NCBI GenBank assembly: GCA_963842085.1
Contig: CAWJET010000001.1
Location: forward strand, 2,688,001-2,752,000
Direction: 5' to 3'
Source: an uncultured delta proteobacterium
GTDB taxonomy: Bacteria > Desulfobacterota > Binatia > Binatales > Binataceae
Length of the DNA: 64,000 nucleotides
In this document: positions 38,524-47,749 of the stretch, in pieces
Layout: every line of letters begins with the position of its first letter
How positions within the stretch are numbered: position 1 is the first letter of the stretch
Position numbers and translations under genes: made by a program
Notes under the pieces: generated by a model
Database searches by the model: none
Seen by the model: only the letters and a program-made list of their open reading frames with translations
What the model was told of the DNA's origin: nothing

Positions 38524-40443
38524 ATGAATCGCGAATCCGACCAACGGCGCGAGCATGGACCTGAACGCCGCGGCGGCCAGGGACTCGATCCGCATCAGTA
38601 CGATTCCGGCGACACGACGATCCTTGGGCTGCTCGCTGAGACTCCGGCTGCCGACCACGTCGATCTCGTGATCACGTGGCGCGCCGACGCGTACGAAGTG
38701 TGGTCGCGGCGCGGCATGATTCGATTCAAGCGCTTAGCCGACGAACGCGGTGCGCTGTCATTCAAGGTCGTCGAGCAAATCGGCGAGAACCCGATCGCAA
38801 ATCAGGATCCGTTCATCGTCTCGACGATCGGCGAGGAACTCGACGCCGCCGCCCGCAGCGGCAATCGCACCGACGATCCGAATCACGCGTACTTTGAGCC
38901 GCACGTGATGAGCCACCCTTATGCGTACGAGCGAATCGCGCAGCTCTTCGACAGTCCGCGCGCGCCCGACCTGATCGTCAGCCCCAAAGCCTACGCCTAC
39001 GGAATTCAGCCGGGGCAGCACGGCGCGCTCGACGTGGTGCAATGCCGCGCGCCGCTGGTCTTCAGCGGCCCGGGCGTTCGCCGCGGACTCTTCAAGCTGA
39101 ACGCCCGCCAGGTCGACGTCGCGCCCACGATCGCGCGCATCGCGGGACTCGCGAAAACCGCCGGCCTCGACGCGTCGGGCTCAAGCGCCCAGGTCTATCT
39201 GAAGCGACAGGACGGACGTCCGCTCGACGAAATCATCGATGACAAGGCGGACCGCCCCAAGCGCGTGTACATGATTCTCCTCGACGGCCTGTCGCATTCG
39301 GAACTGCGCCATCAGCTCGACAACAGTCCCGGCGCCATTCCAAACATCGCCGGCCTCGTCGAGCGCGGCGCGATGCTATCGCACGGCTCGATCGTCAACT
39401 TCCCCAGCATCACGTGGCCGAGCCACTCGACGATTCTGACCGGCGCGTGGTGCGGGCATCACGACGTCGTCAATCCCACTTTCCACCTGCGCGAGCATCG
39501 CGAGACCGTGCCGATCCAGGGCAACATCTTCGAGACCGAGCGCTATCTGAGTCACGACGTCGAGACGCTCTACGAGGCCTTCAAGCGCGCCGGCGGCCCC
39601 GGCGCGATCACCGCCTCGATCCATGAGCCGCAGGGGCGCGGCGCCGATCACGCGGTGTTCGAGCGGCGGATCGTCGGCGACAAGGCGCGTCTCAAGACGC
39701 TCACCGCCGAGATGGTTTCCGACGTGAGCCCGCGATGGGCGGCGGACAACATTCCCGCAATGACCCGCGAAGAGATCGTAGACATCCGCGGCATGGCGCA
39801 AGTGATCAATCTCTTCGACCATTGCACCGGCGACGCGCCCGTGTTTGTCGCGCACGAGTTCGTGCTGACCGACGGCGCCGGTCATGACTACGGCCCGCAT
39901 CACGAGGGGCTGCGCGAGGCGCTCTATCGCACCGACAAACGAATCGGCGCGGTGCTCGAGTTGTTCCGCGCGCGCGGCTTGCTCGAATCCACACTGTTCG
40001 TCGTCACTTCCGACCACGGGATGGCGGCGCAGCGCGTCGAGCTGAAGGCGAATCCGGCGCGCGAAGCCGAGCGCGCTGGTATCCAGGGCGTGTTTGCCGA
40101 GCCTATGATCTATCTGCGCGACCTGCGCGTCGAGGTCGAACGTGCGCGCGACCTGCGTAGCATCCGGGTCACCGTGCTCGACAACGATCACCTGCCCGAC
40201 GGCGAGCATCCGCCGGTCGCAGGCGCGCGCGTAACGCTGCACGGCCGCGGCGATGCCGTCATCGGGGAAGCCCGCACGCCGGAGAGCGGCCAAGTCGCGT
40301 TCGCGACCCCAGCCGACGCCTCCGACGCGGAGCTGACGATCGGCGTCGAGCTGAAGGGCTTCAACTCGCGCAAGCTGCGCGCCGACGGCACGTCGCTCGC
40401 CAAAGACATCCGGAAAATTCTCTACGCGAACTTGAGCTCATAA
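38524..40443 (+). CDS. Alkaline phosphatase superfamily (nucleotide pyrophosphatase/phosphodiesterase) protein, circularly permuted, with C-terminal beta-sandwich domain
   Basis: LLDGL, FPSITWPSH...TG, DGAGHDYGP and TSDHG, preceded by PDLIV..GQHG..VDVAPTI. Confidence 0.8.
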   Translation: MNRESDQRREHGPERRGGQGLDPHQYDSGDTTILGLLAETPAADHVDLVITWRADAYEVWSRRGMIRFKRLADERGALSFKVVEQIGENPIANQDPFIVSTIGEELDAAARSGNRTDDPNHAYFEPHVMSHPYAYERIAQLFDSPRAPDLIVSPKAYAYGIQPGQHGALDVVQCRAPLVFSGPGVRRGLFKLNARQVDVAPTIARIAGLAKTAGLDASGSSAQVYLKRQDGRPLDEIIDDKADRPKRVYMILLDGLSHSELRHQLDNSPGAIPNIAGLVERGAMLSHGSIVNFPSITWPSHSTILTGAWCGHHDVVNPTFHLREHRETVPIQGNIFETERYLSHDVETLYEAFKRAGGPGAITASIHEPQGRGADHAVFERRIVGDKARLKTLTAEMVSDVSPRWAADNIPAMTREEIVDIRGMAQVINLFDHCTGDAPVFVAHEFVLTDGAGHDYGPHHEGLREALYRTDKRIGAVLELFRARGLLESTLFVVTSDHGMAAQRVELKANPAREAERAGIQGVFAEPMIYLRDLRVEVERARDLRSIRVTVLDNDHLPDGEHPPVAGARVTLHGRGDAVIGEARTPESGQVAFATPADASDAELTIGVELKGFNSRKLRADGTSLAKDIRKILYANLSS

Positions 40444-40447
40444 CCTC

Positions 40448-41227
40448 ATGGGCGACCTCGACGGAAAAATCGCACTGGTGACCGGCGGCACGCGCGGGCT
40501 CGGCCGCGCGATCGCGCTCCGAATGGCGCGGATGGGCGCGACGGTCGCGATGAACTATCGGCGCGACGAAGCAAGCGCGGCGAAAACGTTCGTCGAGGTC
40601 CGCGCGATCGCACCGCGCTCGATCCTCGTCAAGGCCGACCTCGAAGACGAAGCCCAAGTCCGCGCGATGGTCACGCGCGTCGCCTCTGAGCTGGGTGGCC
40701 TCGACATTTTGATCGCGAACGCGGCTGCAACCGCATTCAAGCCGCTGCTGGAGGCCAAGTCGCACAACCTCGTGCGGACCTTTGCGCTATCGGTCAATGG
40801 ATTCGTCGCTATGGTGCAGGAGGCAAATAAGGTGATGCGCGCCGGCGGGCGCGTGTTGATGATCTCCGGGATCGACTCGATTCGCAATCTCCCCGGCCAC
40901 GGCGTGCTTGGCGCCGCGAAGGCCGCGCTCGAGAGCATGGTGCGCGACTTCGCCTTCGAGCTCGGCCCGCGCGGCATCACGGTCAACGGTCTCAATGTCG
41001 GTTACATCGACACCGACTCGGCGCGCTTCTACGCGAATTATCTCGGCGACAATTACGAAGATTTTCAGCGCCGATGCGCCGAGCGCTCCGCGCTCAAGCG
41101 GCTGCCAACCCTCGACGAGATTGCAGCGGTCGCGTGCCTGATCTGCTCGCCCGCCGCCAGCTACCTGACCGCGCAAACAATCATGGTCGACGGCGGCTTC
41201 ACGCTGAGCTTCCCCGGCGCGATGTAA
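40448..41227 (+). CDS. SDR oxidoreductase, enoyl-ACP reductase (FabL)-like
   Basis: TGGTRGLG, LIANAA, GAAKAALE, VDGG; the usual catalytic Tyr position reads H/L. Confidence 0.82.
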   Translation: MGDLDGKIALVTGGTRGLGRAIALRMARMGATVAMNYRRDEASAAKTFVEVRAIAPRSILVKADLEDEAQVRAMVTRVASELGGLDILIANAAATAFKPLLEAKSHNLVRTFALSVNGFVAMVQEANKVMRAGGRVLMISGIDSIRNLPGHGVLGAAKAALESMVRDFAFELGPRGITVNGLNVGYIDTDSARFYANYLGDNYEDFQRRCAERSALKRLPTLDEIAAVACLICSPAASYLTAQTIMVDGGFTLSFPGAM

Positions 41228-41843
41228 TTTCGTCCCACTGAATTGTTTCTCTCGCGGGAAGCGAGAAGAGTCGTGCTGACGAGCGGACCGCGAGGGATAC
41301 GACGAACACTCCCGACATCACGTAGTAGATGGGCGCGGGGTGGGTGGGGCCCTTCAGGCGGCCGAGATAGGTGAGCAGAAAAATCAGCCAGATGTAGTAG
41401 ATGCCGAACGAGTGCAGGTGCTTCCAGTTTCGGCCGAGCGTACGCACTGCCCGATCGTTCGACGTAATCGCCATGAGCGCGATCAGCAGGTAGCCAACGC
41501 CACCGAGGATTGGGACAAAGATCGGCGGCTTTATGCCGCCCTTTGCGAAGTAGGTAAGGATCGCCGCCAAATGAACGGTGTGTGCGCCGGTAAACCCGAG
41601 ACCGATACCGCGCCGCTCACGCAGCACAGCAACTGCGGTTGCGGACGGCAGTATTCGCGCCAACGGTCGAGCGAGAAACGCGCTCAAAAATAGGCAGGCA
41701 GAAAAACGCGCCGTCAACTGCGTGGCACGATGCCAGCCTTCAACTCCCGTTCCTTTGGCGAGGATGCTCGCGGCAAGGAGCAGGGCATTCGCCCAGGTCC
41801 CCGTCGCCAGGAGCAAGCCGCTGTGGCGGTGGGCAGATGCCAT
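41199..41843 (-). CDS. Ferric reductase-like transmembrane (MsrQ-like heme) protein
   Basis: RRGIGL...HTVH, AITSND, WKHLH..GIY; coupled to the VOC gene stop. Confidence 0.72.
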   Translation of the reverse strand: MASAHRHSGLLLATGTWANALLLAASILAKGTGVEGWHRATQLTARFSACLFLSAFLARPLARILPSATAVAVLRERRGIGLGFTGAHTVHLAAILTYFAKGGIKPPIFVPILGGVGYLLIALMAITSNDRAVRTLGRNWKHLHSFGIYYIWLIFLLTYLGRLKGPTHPAPIYYVMSGVFVVSLAVRSSARLFSLPARETIQWDEITSRRGSSA

Positions 41844-42304
41844 TACCCTTTGAAAGATTGGTCGTAGCGGCGCTGCATCTCTTTCGGGCTCACCGACTCC
41901 CTGCGCGTAGCCAGAAACCATTGGTGGCCGAAGGGGTCGGCGATCATGCCGGAGCGGTCGCCGTAGAACTGATCCGCAGCGGGGCGCAGCACGGTTGCGC
42001 CCGCCGCTGCGGCCTTCTTGATGACCGCATCGACGTCGGCCACGTAAAGGTGCAGCCGCGTGGGTGAGCCGCCGATGGTCGGCGGCGCCAGCGCGCCAAA
42101 CTCGGGCGATTCGTCGTTGAGATAGATTTCGCCGTCGCCGATCTTGAGTTCCGCGTGGCCGACGTGTCCGGTGGGAGCGGTCAGGCGGAACACCTCGACC
42201 GCGTCGAAGACCCTTTTGTAGAAGGCGATCGCGCTGGCGGCGCCCTTCACCGTGATGTGCGGGGTCAGGCTCATTGGACCTTTGCGCGGCTGATTTGTCT
42301 TCAT
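41843..42304 (-). CDS. VOC/glyoxalase family protein (PhnB-like)
   Basis: AIAFY..VF, HAELKIGD, DQFYGDR...DPFGHQW. Confidence 0.9.
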   Translation of the reverse strand: MKTNQPRKGPMSLTPHITVKGAASAIAFYKRVFDAVEVFRLTAPTGHVGHAELKIGDGEIYLNDESPEFGALAPPTIGGSPTRLHLYVADVDAVIKKAAAAGATVLRPAADQFYGDRSGMIADPFGHQWFLATRRESVSPKEMQRRYDQSFKG

Positions 42305-42331
42305 GGCAATTGCCTTTTCCGGTTGAATTGA

Positions 42332-42352
42332 TACGATACGTACCGTAACGTA
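42332..42352. promoter_or_regulatory. Probable TetR operator in the divergent intergenic region
   Basis: TACGATACG-TAC-CGTAACGTA, 8/9 inverted repeat in a 54-bp gap. Confidence 0.7.
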
Positions 42353-42358
42353 ATTAAT

Positions 42359-42973
42359 GTGTCAAGCATGTCTGCCGAAACCAAATCCCACCCGCGGCGC
42401 GGACGGCCGCGCGATCCGAAAGCGCGAAAAAAGATTCTCGCGGCCGCGTCCGCGTTGCTAAACGAGGGCGGTATCGGTGCGGTGACGATGGAGGCGATTG
42501 CCGAACGCGCCGGCGTCGGCAAACCGACCATCTATCGCGAATGGCCGAACGCGCCGGCGGTCGCGATGGCCGCCTTTCTGGAATCGACCAGGCCGCTGGC
42601 TCCAGCCGCGCGCAAGGGCAGCGTACTCGACGCGCTGCGCGTTCATCTGCGGAAGGTGGCCGAAACGTTCGCGACGCGGGCGGGCCGCAACACCGCCCTG
42701 ATGATCGCGGCGGCGCAGAACGACAGCGAGCTTGCGAAGGTCTTCCGAAATCATTTCATCATGAAGAGCCGCGAAGACGGCCGGGCGCTGCTCGAACGGG
42801 CGATTGCGAGCCGGCAGTTGCGGAGCGATCTCGATATCGAAGCGGCGTTAGACCTGCTTTACGCGCCGCTCTATTTTCGTTTGCTGATCGGACACGGCCT
42901 GCTCGACGCGAACTTCACCGACGCGATCGTCGACGCCGCCCTCAACGGCCTCAAGCGCCGCCGCCGAACCTAG
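42359..42973 (+). CDS. TetR/AcrR regulator (TetR_C_11-like)
   Basis: RGRPR, TMEAIAERAGVGKPTIYREW, LYAPLYFRLL. Confidence 0.92.
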   Translation: MSSMSAETKSHPRRGRPRDPKARKKILAAASALLNEGGIGAVTMEAIAERAGVGKPTIYREWPNAPAVAMAAFLESTRPLAPAARKGSVLDALRVHLRKVAETFATRAGRNTALMIAAAQNDSELAKVFRNHFIMKSREDGRALLERAIASRQLRSDLDIEAALDLLYAPLYFRLLIGHGLLDANFTDAIVDAALNGLKRRRRT

Positions 42974-43065
42974 CTGCAGACCGACGGGGCTTTACGCGGA
43001 CATTCCCCGACGCGAAGTGCTTTGCGGCTATTCGTATTCCTTTCTCAGTTTCCTGAGCGCTTTGC

Positions 43066-43824
43066 CTAGCGTGCGGTCGTCGCAATCCGGATGTTGCCCC
43101 ATTTGCCGACCGCGCCCTGGCCGTGGCATGAGATGCTGCCCTTGCCCGGCACGATGTCTTTTTCGCTCATCAGGCCGAGCGCGAGCGTGCACGGTCCGAG
43201 TTTGAACGGGACGTTGGAATACTGGCGCACCTGCGTGCCGTCAACCGAGAAAGTCACGCGGTCGGCGGCGGAGTCGTAGGCGATTTCAAAATGATGGAGC
43301 TGGCCGGGCGCGGTCGCGTCGCGAATCTCCTCGAACAGGCAGAAATGGCGCGGGCCGTGCGCGGGCTCGACGAGCGGCACGCCGGGAAATGGCAGTTTGC
43401 CGTATACCGTCGCGATCGTCTTGTTGCCGACGAAGAAGTCGAGCGCGGCGCCGGTCGAGAAATCGAGCACGTTGAACGACACGAAGCCGTCGTAGAGGTC
43501 GCCGGGCGCGCCGGCGATAATCGTGGCGGCGAGGTCGATCGCAAACGTAATCGTGCCGCCGTCCGGGCATGCGAAGGTGCGCGTGCTGAAGTACATGTGC
43601 TTGGCGTTGTCGAGGAATTGGATGGTGTCGTGGCCGCGCGTGTAGGGGACGGCGGCGACGCGCAGAAACCCGTCCTGCACGATGACGACGGCGTCGGGTT
43701 CGCGATACTGCCAGAAACCGCCGTCGGGCAGCGGGAAGCCGGCAGGCATCCAGTCGCCCTCTCCGGTGACGACCGAGGCGAAGTTCGAGTATTCGGTAAT
43801 CTGCGGTACTGCGGGCTTGCTCAT
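43066..43824 (-). CDS. Conserved hypothetical protein (DUF6081-like, beta-sandwich)
   Basis: WQYREP.A, QFLDNAKHMYFS, DGFVSF..LDF, S..HGQG. Confidence 0.65.
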   Translation of the reverse strand: MSKPAVPQITEYSNFASVVTGEGDWMPAGFPLPDGGFWQYREPDAVVIVQDGFLRVAAVPYTRGHDTIQFLDNAKHMYFSTRTFACPDGGTITFAIDLAATIIAGAPGDLYDGFVSFNVLDFSTGAALDFFVGNKTIATVYGKLPFPGVPLVEPAHGPRHFCLFEEIRDATAPGQLHHFEIAYDSAADRVTFSVDGTQVRQYSNVPFKLGPCTLALGLMSEKDIVPGKGSISCHGQGAVGKWGNIRIATTAR

Positions 43825-43855
43825 GTGGGGAGAAGATACTGGATACCGAATGATG

Positions 43856-43999
43856 AATCACCTTCGCGGTGGGCGGCAAGGGGTGACCCCTTGCAACCCG
43901 GTGACTTTGCGAAGGATGCGGTGCTGGGCGCCTGTTAGCGCTTTTCGTTGTGGTCATTGGGTGCAGGGCTCAGCCCGCCGCCCCACCGCGCAGGTGATT
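43856..43999. repeat. REPIN/MITE-like element with ~48-bp imperfect inverted arms around a ~47-bp spacer
   Basis: 43856-43905 aligns with the reverse complement of 43953-43999; arms contain the same core as 729-761. Confidence 0.7.
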
Positions 44000-44068
44000 G
44001 CGCGGATTTCCCGGCGGCGAAAGAATGGTTTATTGGGTCTGGGTCAAGGACAGTCGCGGAGGTTCGCA

Positions 44069-44503
44069 ATGGCGCCACAGACTAAAGATTCGGATCGCGC
44101 GCGGCAGGCCGATCAGGAAAAGCATCAGGCAAGGCATCCGCATCACGAAAATTTTCTGGCCCAAGGCGGATTGATCGCGGTCGATGTCGGCGCAGAGATT
44201 GCGCGGCTCAAGCGCGAGCCCGCGTGGGCAGGCAACGATCGGCATGGCAGCTCGCTCGTCAAAGGAGACGGGATCAACGTGGCGCTGATGATGCTGAAGA
44301 AGGGCGCCAGGCTGCAGGAGCATCACACGCGGGCGCCGATCACCGTGCAGGTAATCGAGGGGCGGATCAATTTTGTCACGAAGGGCAGGACGCAGCTGCT
44401 GACGCCGGGAATGATTGCCGCGCTGGATCGCGCAATCGAACATTCGGTCGAGGCGCTCGAGGAAAGCGCGATCGTGCTGACCGTTGGCGGCGAGCAGATG
44501 TAG
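44069..44503 (+). CDS. Cupin domain protein
   Basis: SD GGAGG; LQEHH....ITVQVIEG, IEHSVEALEES. Confidence 0.82.
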   Translation: MAPQTKDSDRARQADQEKHQARHPHHENFLAQGGLIAVDVGAEIARLKREPAWAGNDRHGSSLVKGDGINVALMMLKKGARLQEHHTRAPITVQVIEGRINFVTKGRTQLLTPGMIAALDRAIEHSVEALEESAIVLTVGGEQM

Positions 44504-44508
44504 CCGCA

Positions 44509-45285
44509 ATGGCTTTGTACGACCGGATTGGAGTGGGATACGACACCACGCGGCGGGCCGATCCGTACCTGCTGTCGCGGCTGCTCCATCATCTGCGTCC
44601 GCGCACGAGCGGCCGTTACATCGACATCGGATCGGGAACGGGGAATTACACGATCGCGATGCATCAGGCGGGCGTGCCGATACGCGGGCTCGAGCTTTCG
44701 GCGACGATGCTTGAGCGGGCGAAGGAGAAAGCCCCGGCGATCGCGTGGCACAACGGCCGTGCCGAGGCGCTCCCGTTTGGGTCGAGCAGTTTCGACGGCG
44801 CGACCTGCACCTTCGTGCATCATCACATGGCGGACCCGGTCGCGGCGTTCAAGGAGGTTCATCGCGTGCTGAAGCCGGGCGCGCGGTTCGTGATTCTCAA
44901 CGGCACGGCCGAGCAGATGCGGCATTACTGGCTGAACGAATATTTCCCTCGCATGATGGAAAAGGCGACGGCGCCGTACCGGCGATTCGTCACGATCGAC
45001 CTGCTCGAGTCGGCCGGTTTCCGAATCGAGTGCGAGGAAAAATACGACGTCACTCCCGACCTGAAGGATCTTTTTCTCTGTTGCGGGAAGCATCAGCCTG
45101 AGCGGTATCTCGACCCGCGCATCAGGAGCGGCATCTCGAGTTTCGCCGACGCTCCCGACCAGGACGAAATTGCGCGCGGAGTGCAGCGCATCGCCGATGA
45201 CATCGAGTCAGGGCGCATCAACAACGTGATCCGCAGGTTCGCCTACGACGGCGGCGATTACATGCTCACCGTCGCGGAACGCTAG
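44509..45285 (+). CDS. Class I SAM-dependent methyltransferase
   Basis: YD.TRRADP, IDIGSGTGNYT, AEALPF...FD, HYWL.EYFP. Confidence 0.88.
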   Translation: MALYDRIGVGYDTTRRADPYLLSRLLHHLRPRTSGRYIDIGSGTGNYTIAMHQAGVPIRGLELSATMLERAKEKAPAIAWHNGRAEALPFGSSSFDGATCTFVHHHMADPVAAFKEVHRVLKPGARFVILNGTAEQMRHYWLNEYFPRMMEKATAPYRRFVTIDLLESAGFRIECEEKYDVTPDLKDLFLCCGKHQPERYLDPRIRSGISSFADAPDQDEIARGVQRIADDIESGRINNVIRRFAYDGGDYMLTVAER

Positions 45286-45294
45286 CGCGAATCT

Positions 45295-46080
45295 TCACAC
45301 GCGGGCGCGCAGGGCGCCGTCGACTGCGATCGATTCGCCTGTCACGAAGCCTGCCGCGGGCGACACCAGGTAGAGCAGGGCACCGCCGAGTTCCTCGGGC
45401 TTAATGAGGCGATTGTCGGGCAGGTACTTGAGCAGGTTCTTGCTGAACTCATCGTCCTTGTTGGCCGGACTCGATTCGTCGTCGAGCCATCCGGCCTGGA
45501 TCGCGTTGACGCGGATCCCCTTGCGCGCCCATTCGAGCGCGAGCGCACGCGTCAGGTTCAACACCGCAGCCTTGGCCGCGCAGTAGAGCGCGGCGTTGGG
45601 GACGCCGCGCTCGGCGAGGATAGAAGTGACGTTGACGATGACGCCGCCGCCTTGCCGGAGCATCACGCGCGCGCCCTCCTGGCACGACATCCAGACCGTC
45701 TTGAGATTGTTCTCCATGATTCTGTCGAAGGCGGTGTCGTCGCCGGCTTCGGCCGGTCCGAAGGCGGGGGCGTCGAGCGCGTTGACGAGAATGTGCAAGC
45801 CTCCGAGCTGCTTGGCGGCCAGGTCGGCGGTGGCGGACAGATCCGCGCGCAAGGCCGCGCTCTGCACGCGAACGACGGGCTTGATGCCGGCGGCGGTCAC
45901 CAGCCTGGCGACATCCTTGAGTTGCTTGTCGGTGCCGGGCTCCTGCGACGCGAGCAGAATTTTTGCGCCGGCTTCGGCGAGCGTGACGGCCGCGGCGCGG
46001 CCGATGGCATGCTCGGCGCCGACGATCAGCGCGCTTTTGCCTTCGAGCGAGAAGTCATTCGACGGGTTGGAGGAGGCCAT
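45295..46080 (-). CDS. SDR oxidoreductase (atypical NAD-binding loop)
   Basis: VGAEHAIGR, YCAAK, GIRVNAI, TGESIAVDG. Confidence 0.85.
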   Translation of the reverse strand: MASSNPSNDFSLEGKSALIVGAEHAIGRAAAVTLAEAGAKILLASQEPGTDKQLKDVARLVTAAGIKPVVRVQSAALRADLSATADLAAKQLGGLHILVNALDAPAFGPAEAGDDTAFDRIMENNLKTVWMSCQEGARVMLRQGGGVIVNVTSILAERGVPNAALYCAAKAAVLNLTRALALEWARKGIRVNAIQAGWLDDESSPANKDDEFSKNLLKYLPDNRLIKPEELGGALLYLVSPAAGFVTGESIAVDGALRARV

Positions 46081-46113
46081 GTTAGCTCCGCTGTTGTCAG
46101 TTTTGACCGGCGC

Positions 46114-46917
46114 CTAGCTGGAACTCTGAGGCGATACTCCGGTCGGCGCGATGCCGCCGGCCAAGCCGCCGCCGTCGATCGCGATCAGTTCGCCGTTGAC
46201 GTGATTGGACGCGTCGGAGGCGAGGAACACGGCGAGCGGACCGAGTTCGCTGTCGTCGCCGACGCGCCCGATCGGAATAAACTTGCCGCCCTTGAAAAAC
46301 TGCATCATCTCTTCGTTGTGCGGGAAGATGCCGGGAACGATGCAGTTGGTCTGGATGTTGAACTGCGCGTAGGTCAGCGCCATCGAGCGCGTCAACTGGA
46401 TGGTGCCGCCCTTGGCGCAGGCGTACATGAAATTGTGCTTGCCGCCGCGAAGGCCGTAGCCCGACGCGACGTTGATAATCTTGCCGCGCTGTTGCTTGAC
46501 CATCTGCGGGATCACCGCGCGGCATCCGTAGAACTGGCTGCTCAAGTTGGTGTCGATGCCGCGGCGCCACTCGTCGTCGGTGATTTCCGGGAGCTGCTTG
46601 CCTCGGCTGCCGTCGCCGCCGCCGGCGTTGTTAACCAGGATGTCGATTTTGCCGAACTCCTTGAGGGTCGCCTGGGCCAGCGCGTTGACTTGCACCGAAA
46701 CGGTGACGTCGGTCGGCACGATCAGGCATTTGCGTCCGGTTTTTTTGACCGCGTCGGCGGTCTCGTCGAGCTGCGACTGGGTGCGTGCGGCGGCGACGAC
46801 ATCGGCGCCCACTTCGGCAAACTTCACTGCCATCGCGCGGCCGAGACCGCGGCCGGCGCCGGTGATGATGGCAACTTTGCCGTCGAGCTTGAGCGAATCG
46901 AGAATCATGGGCGTCAC
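46114..46917 (-). CDS. SDR oxidoreductase
   Basis: TGAGRGLG, LVNNAG, YACAK, IDGG. Confidence 0.92.
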   Translation of the reverse strand: MTPMILDSLKLDGKVAIITGAGRGLGRAMAVKFAEVGADVVAAARTQSQLDETADAVKKTGRKCLIVPTDVTVSVQVNALAQATLKEFGKIDILVNNAGGGDGSRGKQLPEITDDEWRRGIDTNLSSQFYGCRAVIPQMVKQQRGKIINVASGYGLRGGKHNFMYACAKGGTIQLTRSMALTYAQFNIQTNCIVPGIFPHNEEMMQFFKGGKFIPIGRVGDDSELGPLAVFLASDASNHVNGELIAIDGGGLAGGIAPTGVSPQSSS

Positions 46918-47061
46918 CTCAATCGAAATCGCGCGCGGTGGCTCTGCCAGCTAATTAACATAGCTGCGGCGTTGCGGAAAATGACCGATAGCCACGGCGT
47001 GCACAGGCCTTTTGACCGCGCTCCAGAGCGAGTCCTATATTCAACGGAAGAGGATGGTTAC

Positions 47062-47679
47062 ATGGCGCTGAAGATCGTGATGTTCTCGGACTACATCTGT
47101 CCGTTCTGCTACGTTGGCTTCGAAACGATACGAAAGCTGAAGCCGGAGTTCGATTTCCAGCTCCAATGGCGCGGCTTTCAGATTCATCCCGACTGGCCGG
47201 TCGAAGGAATCCCGACCGACAAGTTACTCGAGGCGGGTGACGGCGCGTCGCGTCAGGCGCTCTGGAAGCGGATCAGCGCGATGGCCGAGGCGGTTGGATT
47301 TTCGATGAAGCCGCCCGCCGTGCTGACCAACTCGCGCGCCGCGCTGGCGGCTACCGAGTTTGCGCGCGAGTCGGGCGGCGACGAAGCGCTCGAAGAGCGA
47401 ATCTACCGGGCGTACTTCAACGACGGCGAGAATATCGGCGACGCGGAAGTCGTCGTGCGGCTGGCGGGAGAAGCGGGGCTGGACGCGGGCGCGGTTGCGG
47501 ACGCGATAAAATCGCCCAAGTACGAGATGCGGCTGAAGAACAATTCGCTGGCGGCGCATCAGCGCGGCGTCACCGGCGTGCCGACGTTTTTCATCGGCGA
47601 ATTTCCGCTGGTGGGGGCGCAGAGCCTGGATGCGATGCGCGCGATTCTCAAGCGCGCGACCGAGCGGTTCGCGAGCTGA
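47062..47679 (+). CDS. DsbA/FrnE family oxidoreductase
   Basis: SDYICPFCYVG, GVTGVPTF, GAQ; SD GAGGA. Confidence 0.9.
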   Translation: MALKIVMFSDYICPFCYVGFETIRKLKPEFDFQLQWRGFQIHPDWPVEGIPTDKLLEAGDGASRQALWKRISAMAEAVGFSMKPPAVLTNSRAALAATEFARESGGDEALEERIYRAYFNDGENIGDAEVVVRLAGEAGLDAGAVADAIKSPKYEMRLKNNSLAAHQRGVTGVPTFFIGEFPLVGAQSLDAMRAILKRATERFAS

Positions 47680-47700
47680 CACGGCCGGACTTGTTCGTTC

Positions 47701-47749
47701 AACGTGAAACCCACCGTAGGTTTCACGTTTCCTCGGGGTCACCCTTGCC
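47701..47749. repeat. Second copy of the 697-730 hairpin element plus a truncated REP core overlapping the neighbouring stop codon
   Basis: AACGTGAAACC-CACCGTA-GGTTTCACGTT; 47704-47737 matches 697-730 at 28/34 positions, all differences transitions. Confidence 0.7.

Noticed and set aside
45652-47061. 675-aa ORF as one long protein
   Set aside because: Its 5' part is the antisense shadow of two SDR genes; only 47062-47679 (DsbA/FrnE) has motifs and an SD.
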